Of a stretch of 64,000 bases of DNA, positions 54,033-63,414 are shown in pieces; within the stretch, counting starts at the first letter, position 1; every line of letters begins with the position of its first letter. The notes beneath the pieces were generated by a model that was not told the origin of the DNA, searched no databases, and saw nothing but the letters and a program-made list of their open reading frames with translations. The DNA is from Vampirovibrionales bacterium (GTDB lineage: Bacteria; Cyanobacteriota; Vampirovibrionia; Vampirovibrionales; JAJTHC01). A program made the translations under genes and the position numbers. The stretch covers positions 10,028 through 74,027 of the forward strand of contig JBJTUH010000088.1 of assembly GCA_046080605.1 (NCBI GenBank). Reading direction: 5' to 3'.

Positions 54033-55238
54033 ATGCCTCATCCTTCAAAGCGTTTAGAGACCCTACCTCCCTACTTATTTGCTGAAATTGACCGTAAAAT
54101 TGATGAAGCTAAAGCCAAAGGGGTAGATATCATCAGTCTAGGAATTGGGGATCCTGACCTTCCCACGCCTGAGGCTGTGGTAGAAGCCATGTGTGCGGCA
54201 ACCCGGAATCCTACCAACCACAACTATCCTCCGTACCAAGGAACGCTTGCCTTCCGAGAAGCTGCCTCTCGTTGGATGAAACAACGCTTCACTGTAGACG
54301 CTGATGCACATACAGAAACCCTTGCCTTGATTGGTTCAAAAGAAGGACTTGCACATTTAATCTTAGCTTATGTGGACGCAGGTGATGTGGTGCTTTGCCC
54401 TAGTATTGGGTATCCTGTGTATGCCAATTACACCCGTATGTGTGAGGGTGAGGCTTACATGATGTCCTTAAAACCTGAAAATGGCTATTTACCTGTGTTG
54501 CGTGAGATTCCTGAGGATGTTGCACGCCGTGCGAAAATCATGTTCTTGAATTATCCTAATAACCCCCTTGGTGCGATTGCAACAGAGGCATTTATTCAAG
54601 AGGCAGTAGACTTCTGTAAGCAGCACGATATTCTTTTGTGCCATGACCATGCCTATTCTGAGATGACCTTTGACGGCTATAAAGCACCTAGCTTCTTGAG
54701 TGCGAAGGGTGCCAAGGATGTCGTGATTGAGTTCTTTAGTCTTTCTAAAATGTTTAACATGACAGGTTGGCGTGTTGGGTTTGCCGTTGGCAATCCTGAA
54801 GCAGTGAAGGTGTTAGGCACTTTAAAAAACAATACAGACAGTGGCGTATTCAAGGCCATTCAGGATGCCTCGATTGTGGCACTTGACCAAGCCGATGAAC
54901 TGACACGTGACCTTAACGCCATTTATGGTAAACGTCGTGATTTGTTTGTGGAAGGGTTACAAGCACTTGGATGGCCTTATGAAAAGCCTGTCGCAACCTT
55001 TTATCTATGGGTTCCTGTGCCTCAGGGTTGGAAGAGTGTTGAGTTTGTGAACCATTTACTTGAAACGTGTGGTATTGTGGTACCCCCGGGGAATGGGTAT
55101 GGTGCAGAAGGGGAAGGCTTCTTCCGTGTTGCCTTAACGGTGCCTGAAACAAAACTACAAGCTGCCATTGACCGTATGAAAGCACATAATTTCCGCTATG
55201 ATGTGTTATCACGCACTCCTGTGAGCGGTGCGGTGTAA
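54033..55238 (+). CDS. dapL: LL-diaminopimelate aminotransferase (class I aminotransferase)
   Basis: N-terminus LETLPPYLFAEIDRKIDEAKAKGVDIISLGIGDPDLPTP matches the DapL pattern. 401 aa. PLP-fold features. Confidence 0.6.
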   Translation: MPHPSKRLETLPPYLFAEIDRKIDEAKAKGVDIISLGIGDPDLPTPEAVVEAMCAATRNPTNHNYPPYQGTLAFREAASRWMKQRFTVDADAHTETLALIGSKEGLAHLILAYVDAGDVVLCPSIGYPVYANYTRMCEGEAYMMSLKPENGYLPVLREIPEDVARRAKIMFLNYPNNPLGAIATEAFIQEAVDFCKQHDILLCHDHAYSEMTFDGYKAPSFLSAKGAKDVVIEFFSLSKMFNMTGWRVGFAVGNPEAVKVLGTLKNNTDSGVFKAIQDASIVALDQADELTRDLNAIYGKRRDLFVEGLQALGWPYEKPVATFYLWVPVPQGWKSVEFVNHLLETCGIVVPPGNGYGAEGEGFFRVALTVPETKLQAAIDRMKAHNFRYDVLSRTPVSGAV

Positions 55239-55247
55239 CCACGCTTT

Positions 55248-55280
55248 GTATCCCCTTTACAGCGATTGTAAGGGGGATAC
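55248..55280 (+). terminator. 14-bp stem hairpin between dapL and murT (attenuator or weak terminator)
   Basis: GTATCCCCTTTACA-gcgat-TGTAAGGGGGATAC, followed by TTGCCTT (a weak U-tract). Confidence 0.4.
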
Positions 55281-55304
55281 TTGCCTTAGTCTTGTGTCAC
55301 ATGC

Positions 55305-56813
55305 GTGTGGGGGGATGTCATCATGAATCAAGAAAACACCCGAGGTATGAAAACACGCTTCTTATTTTTTGTGCTGTGGCTTCTAGCATCTATCACACGC
55401 TATCTGTTGCGTTTGGCGAAACCGTTTCGTAAGACATTGTCAGGGAACGGAGGCACAAGCCTACCTGGGTTGTTGGCACTCCGTTTCATGCCTCATGTGC
55501 TTGGTGCAATTGTGCCTCCAGAAGATTACCCATGTGTGGGGGTTACGGGAACCAATGGAAAAACGACAACCAGTGGATTTCTTGCACAAGGGCTAAACAC
55601 CATCCTAGCGGGTCAAGTGATTCAAAACACTCTAGGGGCGAACATGAAAACAGGGATTACCAGTTTACTTCTTGCCTCCAGTGACCCTTTCGGGAAGCTA
55701 GAGGGAAAGGGCTGTGTACTGGAGCTTGATGAAGCCAGTGTGCATGGGGTGGTACAGGCGTTTCCCCTTGATGGCTTAGTGGTGACGAACTTATATCGTG
55801 ACCAACTTGACCGTTATGGTGAACTGGATACCACAGCAGCCTATATTGCCAAAGGGTTTCCCCACGTCAAGGATGTTCTGTATTTAAATGCAGATGACCC
55901 TTTGGTGTATGCACTTCATCGTCACGCATCGCCTCATCATCGTATTGTGACATTTTCGGTCATGCTTTCTTCTGAGTCTGAGGATCCCACATTGATGGAC
56001 GAAGGCTTGCATCCCATTCCCTTTCCTATAGAAGGAACCGAATGTCCTGTTTGTGGTCATCCGCTTCACTTTACCCGTCGAGTGTATGCTCAGTTAGGAG
56101 GGTACGATTGTCCTCAGTGTGGGTTTGCTCATCCTGTTTCTCCTGAACTTCAAGTGACTCTTGTGGCATCTTCTCCTGAGATGGGTACCGAGATTGCCTT
56201 TACGTGGCAAGGGATAGAGGCTACCTACCACTACACCCTTCCCGTACCTGGGAGTTTTAACGTGTATAATTGGGCGGCTGCGTCTTGTGTCTGTCTTGAC
56301 GTACTCACGCAACGACTTGGAGACCCAACGCAAGCCCTTCAGGCTTTTATCCCTGAAAGCTTATTACCAAAAATGCAGGTTTTTGGGCGGGCTGAAACCT
56401 TGCAGTATCAAGGAAAAACGTTGAAGGTTTTTTTAATTAAAAATCCTGTGGGTACCAGTGAAGTCTTACGTTGGGTGGCGATGCAGCCCAATATCCAGAT
56501 TCTTTTAGCCTTAAACGACCAAGCTGCCGATGGCAAAGATGTCAGTTGGATATGGGATGCACCGTTTGAACGCCTGACGCACCCTCAGAGTAAAGTTAAA
56601 GCACTCCCTAGCGTGTGGGTTTCTGGAAAACGTGCTGAGGATATGGCATTGCGACTGCATTATGCGGGGTATGCGACTGAGCAACTGGTGTGTATTCCCT
56701 CACTTGAACAGGCACTTCAAGAGGCCTGTCGTTCACTGAACCCAAAGGAAACGCTTGTTGTGATTCCTACCTATACTGCATTACTGTCATTACAAAGCTT
56801 ACTGAAGTCGTGA
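55305..56813 (+). CDS. murT: Lipid II isoglutaminyl synthase subunit MurT (Mur-ligase-like, DUF1727)
   Basis: VGVTGTNGKTTTSGFLAQGL, GANMKTGITS, VTNLYRDQLDRYGELD, Cys4 ribbon CPVCG...CPQCGF, and NDQAADGKDVSWIWDAPFERL. Each parallels S. aureus MurT (ISGTNGKTTTS, GANMAAGITS, FTNFFRDQMDRFGEID, CPNCG..CQCGF, NDNAADGRDTSWIYDADFEKL). Confidence 0.8.
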   Translation: MWGDVIMNQENTRGMKTRFLFFVLWLLASITRYLLRLAKPFRKTLSGNGGTSLPGLLALRFMPHVLGAIVPPEDYPCVGVTGTNGKTTTSGFLAQGLNTILAGQVIQNTLGANMKTGITSLLLASSDPFGKLEGKGCVLELDEASVHGVVQAFPLDGLVVTNLYRDQLDRYGELDTTAAYIAKGFPHVKDVLYLNADDPLVYALHRHASPHHRIVTFSVMLSSESEDPTLMDEGLHPIPFPIEGTECPVCGHPLHFTRRVYAQLGGYDCPQCGFAHPVSPELQVTLVASSPEMGTEIAFTWQGIEATYHYTLPVPGSFNVYNWAAASCVCLDVLTQRLGDPTQALQAFIPESLLPKMQVFGRAETLQYQGKTLKVFLIKNPVGTSEVLRWVAMQPNIQILLALNDQAADGKDVSWIWDAPFERLTHPQSKVKALPSVWVSGKRAEDMALRLHYAGYATEQLVCIPSLEQALQEACRSLNPKETLVVIPTYTALLSLQSLLKS

Positions 56814-56886
56814 TATTGGCTATATATAAAATCTAAAAAATGTTTTATACTGATTGAATATGCCGTGACGAATGCCTTCTTAAGGT

Positions 56887-58569
56887 ATGCTCAGGTTGCT
56901 TTACGGTGTCATTGTTTCCAGGTTTTTTGATGAGGTTTCAAGTATCTCCATGGCTCAAGGTACTTCCACGTCACGGGTTTGGCATACGGCTTCAGCCTAT
57001 CCTTTGAGTCCAATGAGTCCAATGAGTCCAAGGACTCCTTCGACATTAGACCAAGTCAGACAGAAACGAGCTAAGAAACGAGCGATTCAAAGAAAACGTC
57101 GTTTAATGTTGGTCGCTGTTATGGCATTGGTGTTGCTTGGACTATTGGGCTGGGTGACGGGTGCGTTGTGGGAACAATACCAGCGTATGGTAAGCACACA
57201 GGTATCCTCTCAGGTTAAAATGTCTTCAGGTAAGCCTAGTACACTGATTCTTACTTCTGTGGGGAATACCGTGTTGCCTCTTACTGGGAATGCTACCCCA
57301 AATGCCTCTGAACTAGCTTCGGTGGTACCTTCCTCCGTACGGTCTTCTTTGCCTTCCTTTCATTCGCTCTTACGGCATGATGCGTTGAATCTTTGGGTTC
57401 AAGAGCAGCTATCTTATCCTGAGAGTGTGACGACACAGTATACTCAAACTTCTTTACAGCGTTTGGGATGGGAGCGGTTTTTAGTTCAACCCGTACAGGC
57501 AACCATGGTTCCCTTGCATCTTGTGAGTCGTCAGCCTACTTGGTTACACGTCTCTCAGGGCTGGCGTTTTGGGGCGGATATCCCTGTGGTTCAACCCAGT
57601 GATATCCCTTTACTACACACACCGACCCGTTTAGTGTGGGGAGAACGTTATTTATTCCCAAGACCCTTACATCAAGCTTTAGAAGCACGCTATGCACTTC
57701 CCTTTGTATCCCCTTTGCATGCTCCGATGGATGCGGCACTCACCCAAAAACTGACGCAACTGTTTGCCCGTACGGACAGTAGTTTAACGCCCCATGTTTA
57801 TGTATATCATCCTGCCTCCCAGCAGAGTGTGAATCTGCATGGTAATACGCCTGTATCCTCAGCCAGTGTGATTAAGCTCCCCTTGTTGTATATGTTGGCT
57901 TTACGATATCCTCAAGCCTTTACGTCTTTGTCGTCTTTGGGTACCACTTTACCTTCTTCGGTGTCTCATACTTCCACGTGGAGTCCTCAGGCACGGATGC
58001 CTCAATTATTTACCGATACGCTAAGAGCAGGGGGGTCTGGACACCTAAACTTTATGCCTGCAGGAGGCGTTTACGACTTACACCAAGTGGCAAAGTACAT
58101 GATTCAGTCCAGTGATAATTCTTGTACCAATATGGTGATTCAAACGTTAGGTGGACTCCCCACAGTGCATGCCATGTTTGAGGCTATGGGCTTTCAGGGA
58201 ACCCAACTTCGTGACTGGCTTCCTGACCTTGCAGGGTATAATACGCTTACACCCCATGATATGGTGAGTTTGCTCTATCATCTTCGTCATACAGATCGTT
58301 TGAGTCCTTCTGTAAAACAAACGGTCTTGTCCATTTTGAAAGGGACATTGAATCGTTCCTTACTGACAGGGCAGCTCCCCGCAAGCGTTCCTTTTTACCA
58401 TAAAACGGGAGACATCGGAACCGCACTGGCAGATGCAGGCTTTTTTGTATTACCCAACGGCGAAGAAGTGTTTATTGCCATACAGGTTGAACGCCCGTTT
58501 AATGCACCTCAAGCACGTCCTCTGATTCAAGCCGTTGGGCATCTTGTGTATACGCATTATCTTCCCTAG
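56887..58569 (+). CDS. Membrane-anchored serine hydrolase with a class-A beta-lactamase / penicillin-recognising fold
   Basis: C-terminal domain carries SxxK (SASVIKLP), SDN (SDNSCTNM) and KTG (HKTGDIG) motifs. Long N-terminal region with a TM segment (LMLVAVMALVLLGLLGWVTGAL). The start is uncertain. Confidence 0.5.
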   Translation: MLRLLYGVIVSRFFDEVSSISMAQGTSTSRVWHTASAYPLSPMSPMSPRTPSTLDQVRQKRAKKRAIQRKRRLMLVAVMALVLLGLLGWVTGALWEQYQRMVSTQVSSQVKMSSGKPSTLILTSVGNTVLPLTGNATPNASELASVVPSSVRSSLPSFHSLLRHDALNLWVQEQLSYPESVTTQYTQTSLQRLGWERFLVQPVQATMVPLHLVSRQPTWLHVSQGWRFGADIPVVQPSDIPLLHTPTRLVWGERYLFPRPLHQALEARYALPFVSPLHAPMDAALTQKLTQLFARTDSSLTPHVYVYHPASQQSVNLHGNTPVSSASVIKLPLLYMLALRYPQAFTSLSSLGTTLPSSVSHTSTWSPQARMPQLFTDTLRAGGSGHLNFMPAGGVYDLHQVAKYMIQSSDNSCTNMVIQTLGGLPTVHAMFEAMGFQGTQLRDWLPDLAGYNTLTPHDMVSLLYHLRHTDRLSPSVKQTVLSILKGTLNRSLLTGQLPASVPFYHKTGDIGTALADAGFFVLPNGEEVFIAIQVERPFNAPQARPLIQAVGHLVYTHYLP

Positions 58570-58584
58570 TATTGGATTTTTTCC

Positions 58585-59607
58585 GTGCCTTCTTCTGAGT
58601 TCCCTTTCCTTCAGTGGCGTGAAGATGCTTGGCATGCCTTGGACTTTTTCCCCTCTTCTTGGCTTGCACCCTTGAGTTTGGGCTGTGTGGTTGTCACAAC
58701 CTATCCAGCCTCTTTAACATCTTGGGCATGGCACTACCATCAAGTAAGGCTATTGAGTACCCTTGAAAAATGCTTTCCTACCCTAGAGCCTCAAGCTTAC
58801 CCGCCATGGCTGGTGTCTTGTGATGGGGTGCTACCCATCCCCCCCTTTTTCGAGGGTGAGTCAGAGAGTGCGTTGACGGATAAGCACTATGCTGTAAGAC
58901 TGTTAGGGATACCCTCTGCGGTGCATGGTGGTTCATTATGGAGACCTCCTACAATAGAGGGAGTCTCTCAAGCCCATGAAATGGTTTGGATCATGCAGCG
59001 ACGAGAGCTTCCCCTATCGTCGGCACCTGTTTCATTGAAAGAAGTGTTATGGCAAAGACAAGGTCTCTTGGCACCGTTTAAATTAGGGGGTACGCTCTTA
59101 GAAGGTCTTTGGGAGCAGTCGGTGCATAGCGATACGCTCATGTGGGTGAAGCCCAATGGGTTGGCTAAGAAACGTATTTGGTTAGAAACGCCTACAAGTA
59201 GTTGGTTTGCTTTAGCGTGGGATGTACAGGCACAGTGTGTGGTAGTCTTGATGCCTAACGCCACGGAAGATACGCACAGGCTTTACAGTACCTCCTGTGC
59301 CATGATTAGGCTTTGGGTAGCCCAAGAAGTACTGGCTGACCGATGTTTTTTACAAGAGGTTGCGACTCCTTTGAATAGAGAGGCTCACACTTTATTGTAT
59401 GGTGTCTATCTTGTCAATGCCTTACGGGGGATTCAACCCGTGGTGAGCGTGACGACACTAGAGGGCGTTGAGGTGTCTTTGCCCTCTTCAGGTGAAGGCA
59501 CTGATGCTATGCATAGAGCCTGTCGTACCTTGATTGCTCGGTTAGGTCACTGGTGGCAACATGGCGTGATGGGGTGTGAAGGAGACCTTACACTGTCTGA
59601 GTCGTGA
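58585..59607 (+). CDS. Hypothetical protein, third gene of the murT string
   Basis: 340 aa, 15-nt gap after the upstream gene. No recognisable motif. No glutaminase Cys/His signature. Confidence 0.3.
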   Translation: MPSSEFPFLQWREDAWHALDFFPSSWLAPLSLGCVVVTTYPASLTSWAWHYHQVRLLSTLEKCFPTLEPQAYPPWLVSCDGVLPIPPFFEGESESALTDKHYAVRLLGIPSAVHGGSLWRPPTIEGVSQAHEMVWIMQRRELPLSSAPVSLKEVLWQRQGLLAPFKLGGTLLEGLWEQSVHSDTLMWVKPNGLAKKRIWLETPTSSWFALAWDVQAQCVVVLMPNATEDTHRLYSTSCAMIRLWVAQEVLADRCFLQEVATPLNREAHTLLYGVYLVNALRGIQPVVSVTTLEGVEVSLPSSGEGTDAMHRACRTLIARLGHWWQHGVMGCEGDLTLSES

Positions 59608-59994
59608 TTCTGTGTAACCGTGATGCATGAGCCATCCTGCGGGATACTCTATGACACCCCTATGAGCCTGCCACACCCACTGACTTACCCGCCATGGCAT
59701 CAGAGCGTGTGTGATGGTTAGGACGTGATGGTCAGCATCGAGCCATACAACGTCCAAGGCTCCTTGTACACCCCAAGTATGAACGATTGGACACCAACTG
59801 GGTAAATAAAGCCCGTAAGCCGTTGCCAGAGGTTGTCGTGTGAAATGCTGCCATGCCAATACGCCTACTTGTTCTTGCCACCAAGACATAGCACGGTATA
59901 TGCCATGAGAGTTACCGAATCTTTCCAAGTGAAGCACTTGGTACTGCCAGCCTTGTTTACCCGTAGGAGCCATGGAAAATGATTGCAGAAGCAT
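59542..59994 (-). CDS. DUF192-domain protein
   Basis: ALDVVWLDADHHVLTI resembles the DUF192 core (pLDiifLd.dg.V). Confidence 0.4.
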   Translation of the reverse strand: MLLQSFSMAPTGKQGWQYQVLHLERFGNSHGIYRAMSWWQEQVGVLAWQHFTRQPLATAYGLYLPSWCPIVHTWGVQGALDVVWLDADHHVLTITHALMPWRVSQWVWQAHRGVIEYPAGWLMHHGYTESRLRQCKVSFTPHHAMLPPVT

Positions 59995-60629
59995 TAAACC
60001 TCAATAGGGTAAAGCCGATGGGTTTGCTCAAAGCGTTCAATGGCTTCAAGGTGTGTGAGGGTATAGCCTATTTCATCAACCCCTTGCACTAAACATGCTT
60101 GCCAAAAGGGATTGATGGGAAAAGAAGCATGATATTCCTTGGAGGGTACTTCAAGGGTTGCGGATTCGACGTTTACCTTAACGATGAGGGTAGGCTCTGC
60201 TTCAATCCAGTCCAGAAGCTGTAATACCTCGGTTTCAGGGAGTACGATGGGAAGCACACGGTTTTTCAATGCGTTATTTTTGAAAATATCGGCAAAGCTA
60301 GGGGCAATAATGGCGTGAATGCCATAATCTTTCAATGCCCAAGGGGCATGTTCTCGAGAACTCCCACAGCCAAAGTTCTCAAGTGCCACCAGTATGCCCG
60401 CCCCTTGGTATTGAGCGTGATTCAACGAAGATTCAGGGTTTAACTGAGTGCCTTCTTGGTCAAGGTAGCGTAAATCATGAAACACCACTTGACCGAGACC
60501 GTCTTTGGAGGTTCCTTTTAAAAATCGAGCAGGAATCACTTGGTCGGTGTCTACATGACTTCGCCGTAAAGGCATCGCAGTGGTTTCCAGTGAGACAAAC
60601 GGTGCAATAGAAGAAGAGCTTGACATCAT
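59994..60629 (-). CDS. leuD: 3-isopropylmalate dehydratase small subunit
   Basis: RSHVDTDQVIPARFLKGTSKDGLGQ and ...GCGSSREHAPWALKDYGIHAIIAPSFADIF match LeuD. Confidence 0.8.
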   Translation of the reverse strand: MMSSSSSIAPFVSLETTAMPLRRSHVDTDQVIPARFLKGTSKDGLGQVVFHDLRYLDQEGTQLNPESSLNHAQYQGAGILVALENFGCGSSREHAPWALKDYGIHAIIAPSFADIFKNNALKNRVLPIVLPETEVLQLLDWIEAEPTLIVKVNVESATLEVPSKEYHASFPINPFWQACLVQGVDEIGYTLTHLEAIERFEQTHRLYPIEV

Positions 60630-60670
60630 GACACATAACCCCTTTTTGCAACAAGAAACAAGACGGTACG

Positions 60671-61048
60671 TTACTCAATAAGCCCTTGAGAGAGCTGTTC
60701 AATTAAATGGTACACCCGAGTGCCACGTTCCAGTGACTCATCCAGTTCTAAACTGAGTTCGGGGACAAAACGTAATTTGACACGTTGTCCCAAATGAAAA
60801 CGGATTTTGGGTACTAACTCAAGTAAGAGGGTCATGAGTTTGACCTTTTCACCCTCCTCTGCCAAAATGCTCACGTACGCTTTGACGTGTCGCATATCAG
60901 GGCTGAGGTCAATATCAGTCACAGAAATGACTTGATGTTCAAGTGCAGGGTCTGAAAGGTCATACCGTAGTACTTCCCCCAGAGCCTTTAGAAGTGCTTT
61001 ACGTACCTTATCTACACGGGAAACCCCGCCACGATGAGAGCTAGGCAT
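60671..61048 (-). CDS. rbfA: Ribosome-binding factor A
   Basis: RVDKVRKALLKALGEVLRYDLSDPALEHQVISVTDIDLSPDMRHVKAYVS is the RbfA consensus. Confidence 0.8.
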   Translation of the reverse strand: MPSSHRGGVSRVDKVRKALLKALGEVLRYDLSDPALEHQVISVTDIDLSPDMRHVKAYVSILAEEGEKVKLMTLLLELVPKIRFHLGQRVKLRFVPELSLELDESLERGTRVYHLIEQLSQGLIE

Positions 61049-61050
61049 GA

Positions 61051-63414
61051 TTATACCCCCTTCAATTCGACAGTTTCCATGACATAGGTTTCAATGATGT
61101 CACCTTGTTGGACTTCGTCAAACTTTACAAAGGTACAGCCACATTCTAAGCCAGCACGTACTTCTTTCACGTTATCTTTGAAGTGGCGTAAGCTATTAAA
61201 CGACCCGTTATAGATTTCTTCTTTACCACGTTTGATGCTGATGCGGGCATTTCGTTGTACTTTGCCTTCAAGCACCATACACCCTGCCACCATCTGGTTA
61301 TTGATGGTGAAAAGGGCTCGTATTTCTGCCACCCCTGACTTCACTTCACGCATTTCAGGCTTAATACGACTGAGCATCAATTTCTGGACGCTCTCTACCA
61401 AGTGATAGATGACATCATACTTGTAAATAGGGACGGTACCCATGAGGGGGCTATTTTTCAAGCTAATATCTTCACGCACGTTAAAGCCTACCACAATGGC
61501 ATGACTTGCAGACGCAAGCATCAGGTCAGTAGCGGTCATATCTCCTGTCCCCTGATAAATGACTTGAGCGGAAAGATGCTCAACCGTTAAGCCACTTAGA
61601 GCATTTGTGACCGCTTCCACGGCACCTTGTGAGTCGGCTTTAATGACAATGTTAAAGGTATCAGGCGTGCCTGTATCACCGCTTTTGACGGCTAACGAGC
61701 TACGTCGTGCATTGAACACCGCTTGGTTGTTTTGTGCTTGTTGTTGGGCGAGGAGTTCTTGCTCGGTTTGTTGTTGTTGCTGGTACTGGCGTAAGGCTTT
61801 TTCAGTGGGGAAACACTTAAATACTTCTCCCGCTTGAGGCACATCGGATAACCCGAGTAACTCTACGGGTTGAGAAGGACCTGCTTCTTTACACCGTACG
61901 CCTGCATCATTATGCAAGGCACGTACACGTCCAGAAACCTGACCGCACAAAATAAAGTCGCCTTGCGTTAAGGTACCATTTTGTACGAGAAGGGTTGCCA
62001 CAGGACCTTTGCCTTTGTCGAGCCGTGCTTCTACAATAACCCCTTCAGCGTCCACTGTGGCATCTGCTTGAAGGTCAAGCAACTCAGAGACCAGCACAAT
62101 CATTTCTAACAAGTCATCAATGCCAAGTTTCTGCAAGGCTGAAACTTCTACTGTGACGACATCGCCGCCCCATTTCTCAGAGACCAAGCCATGCTCAGAT
62201 AACTGCACTAACACTCGCTCGGGGTCAGCACCAGGCTTATCAATTTTATTCACTGCGACAATAATGGGGATTTCTGCCGCTTTGGCGTGTTGAATTGCCT
62301 CAATGGTTTGAGGTTTTACGCCGTCATCTGCCGCCACTACTAAAATGGCAATATCTGTCGCTTTGGCACCACGCATCCTCATGGCGGTAAAGGCTTCGTG
62401 ACCAGGGGTATCTAAAAATACAATGGTTTGGTCATCTTTTTCCACAGTATAGGCACCAATACGCTGGGTAATCCCCCCCGCTTCGGTGTCCACAATTTTA
62501 TGACGTACCTCACGGATCGCATCGAGTAATGAGGTTTTCCCATGGTCAACGTGTCCCATAATGGAGATGACAGGTGGACGGCCTGCTAAGTTTTGACACC
62601 CTGAAAGATCCACCTTTGTTTTCGTGGTTTGAGAAAGCACATCGTGTGTGGCTTCTGTATTGGTTTCAGTGATATCTTCTCCTTTGGTGTATGTAATTTC
62701 TAGGAGGTCTGCCACTTGGTGTGTTAAAGGAACATCCAATAATGAGTTTACCGTGACAGGGGTTCCCTTAAGGAAAAGCTGCTTAATGACTTCGGCACTA
62801 CGAACCTTTAAGTACTCTGCCAATTCCGAGACGGTCATAGGGGCGTTGAGTACAAAAACATCAGGGGTGGTGTCTTCTACGGGAGTGTTTTTTCCACCTT
62901 TACCCTGATGACCTTTTGATTTTCCTTGCCATTTTTGCGAAGTGTTCCCCTGCTGCGTGCCTCGTTCGGGCTGAGGCTGGGGTGCTTGTCCTTTTCCTTG
63001 AGGAGCTTGTTGCGTAGGCTGAGGTGTTTGTGCGTTTACGCTAGGTTTTTGAGCTTGTTTTGAGGGGGCTGCAACCGCAGGAGAAGGATGCACAGGGCGA
63101 GCCTCATGATGATGGGCTGGCTTACTGGCTGTAGGCACAGGAGGGGCTACGGTAGGTGCTTTTGGAGGGGCTATAGGCTCTTGAGGCGTAATAGATGCTT
63201 TGACGGCTTCGGGTTGAGGGGCATGAAGTGCTTGATACTTTGCCGCAATGGTATCGCCTAAAGAGGCATCAATGCTACTGGAATGGCTTTTAATGCCAAG
63301 GTCAAAGTGGGCATCAATAAAGGTTAATAGGTCTTTATTAGGAATATCAAGGCGTTTCGCAATTTCATACACACGAACCTTGGCAGTGGAGCTAGTGGCA
63401 TTCATCATCATCAA
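61051..63414 (-). CDS. infB: Translation initiation factor IF-2
   Basis: G-domain motifs GHVDHGKTSLLD, DTPGHEAF, NKID. Gln/Pro-rich N-terminal linker. C-terminal beta-barrel domains. 787 aa. Confidence 0.9.
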   Translation of the reverse strand: MMMMNATSSTAKVRVYEIAKRLDIPNKDLLTFIDAHFDLGIKSHSSSIDASLGDTIAAKYQALHAPQPEAVKASITPQEPIAPPKAPTVAPPVPTASKPAHHHEARPVHPSPAVAAPSKQAQKPSVNAQTPQPTQQAPQGKGQAPQPQPERGTQQGNTSQKWQGKSKGHQGKGGKNTPVEDTTPDVFVLNAPMTVSELAEYLKVRSAEVIKQLFLKGTPVTVNSLLDVPLTHQVADLLEITYTKGEDITETNTEATHDVLSQTTKTKVDLSGCQNLAGRPPVISIMGHVDHGKTSLLDAIREVRHKIVDTEAGGITQRIGAYTVEKDDQTIVFLDTPGHEAFTAMRMRGAKATDIAILVVAADDGVKPQTIEAIQHAKAAEIPIIVAVNKIDKPGADPERVLVQLSEHGLVSEKWGGDVVTVEVSALQKLGIDDLLEMIVLVSELLDLQADATVDAEGVIVEARLDKGKGPVATLLVQNGTLTQGDFILCGQVSGRVRALHNDAGVRCKEAGPSQPVELLGLSDVPQAGEVFKCFPTEKALRQYQQQQQTEQELLAQQQAQNNQAVFNARRSSLAVKSGDTGTPDTFNIVIKADSQGAVEAVTNALSGLTVEHLSAQVIYQGTGDMTATDLMLASASHAIVVGFNVREDISLKNSPLMGTVPIYKYDVIYHLVESVQKLMLSRIKPEMREVKSGVAEIRALFTINNQMVAGCMVLEGKVQRNARISIKRGKEEIYNGSFNSLRHFKDNVKEVRAGLECGCTFVKFDEVQQGDIIETYVMETVELKGV

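Noticed and set aside
57011-57040. 9-nt tandem repeat ccaatgagt x2.5 encoding SPMSPMSPR in the serine-hydrolase gene
   Set aside because: Only about 2.5 copies. It preserves frame in a low-complexity N-terminal tail. Too short to claim a phase-variation mechanism. Noted only.
58585-59607. Whether the 340-aa protein downstream of murT could be a divergent GatD
   Set aside because: It has no GATase-1 Cys-Gly-Gly nucleophile elbow and no His/Glu triad pattern resembling GatD (TICGGYQ ... YLHGP). Left as unknown.
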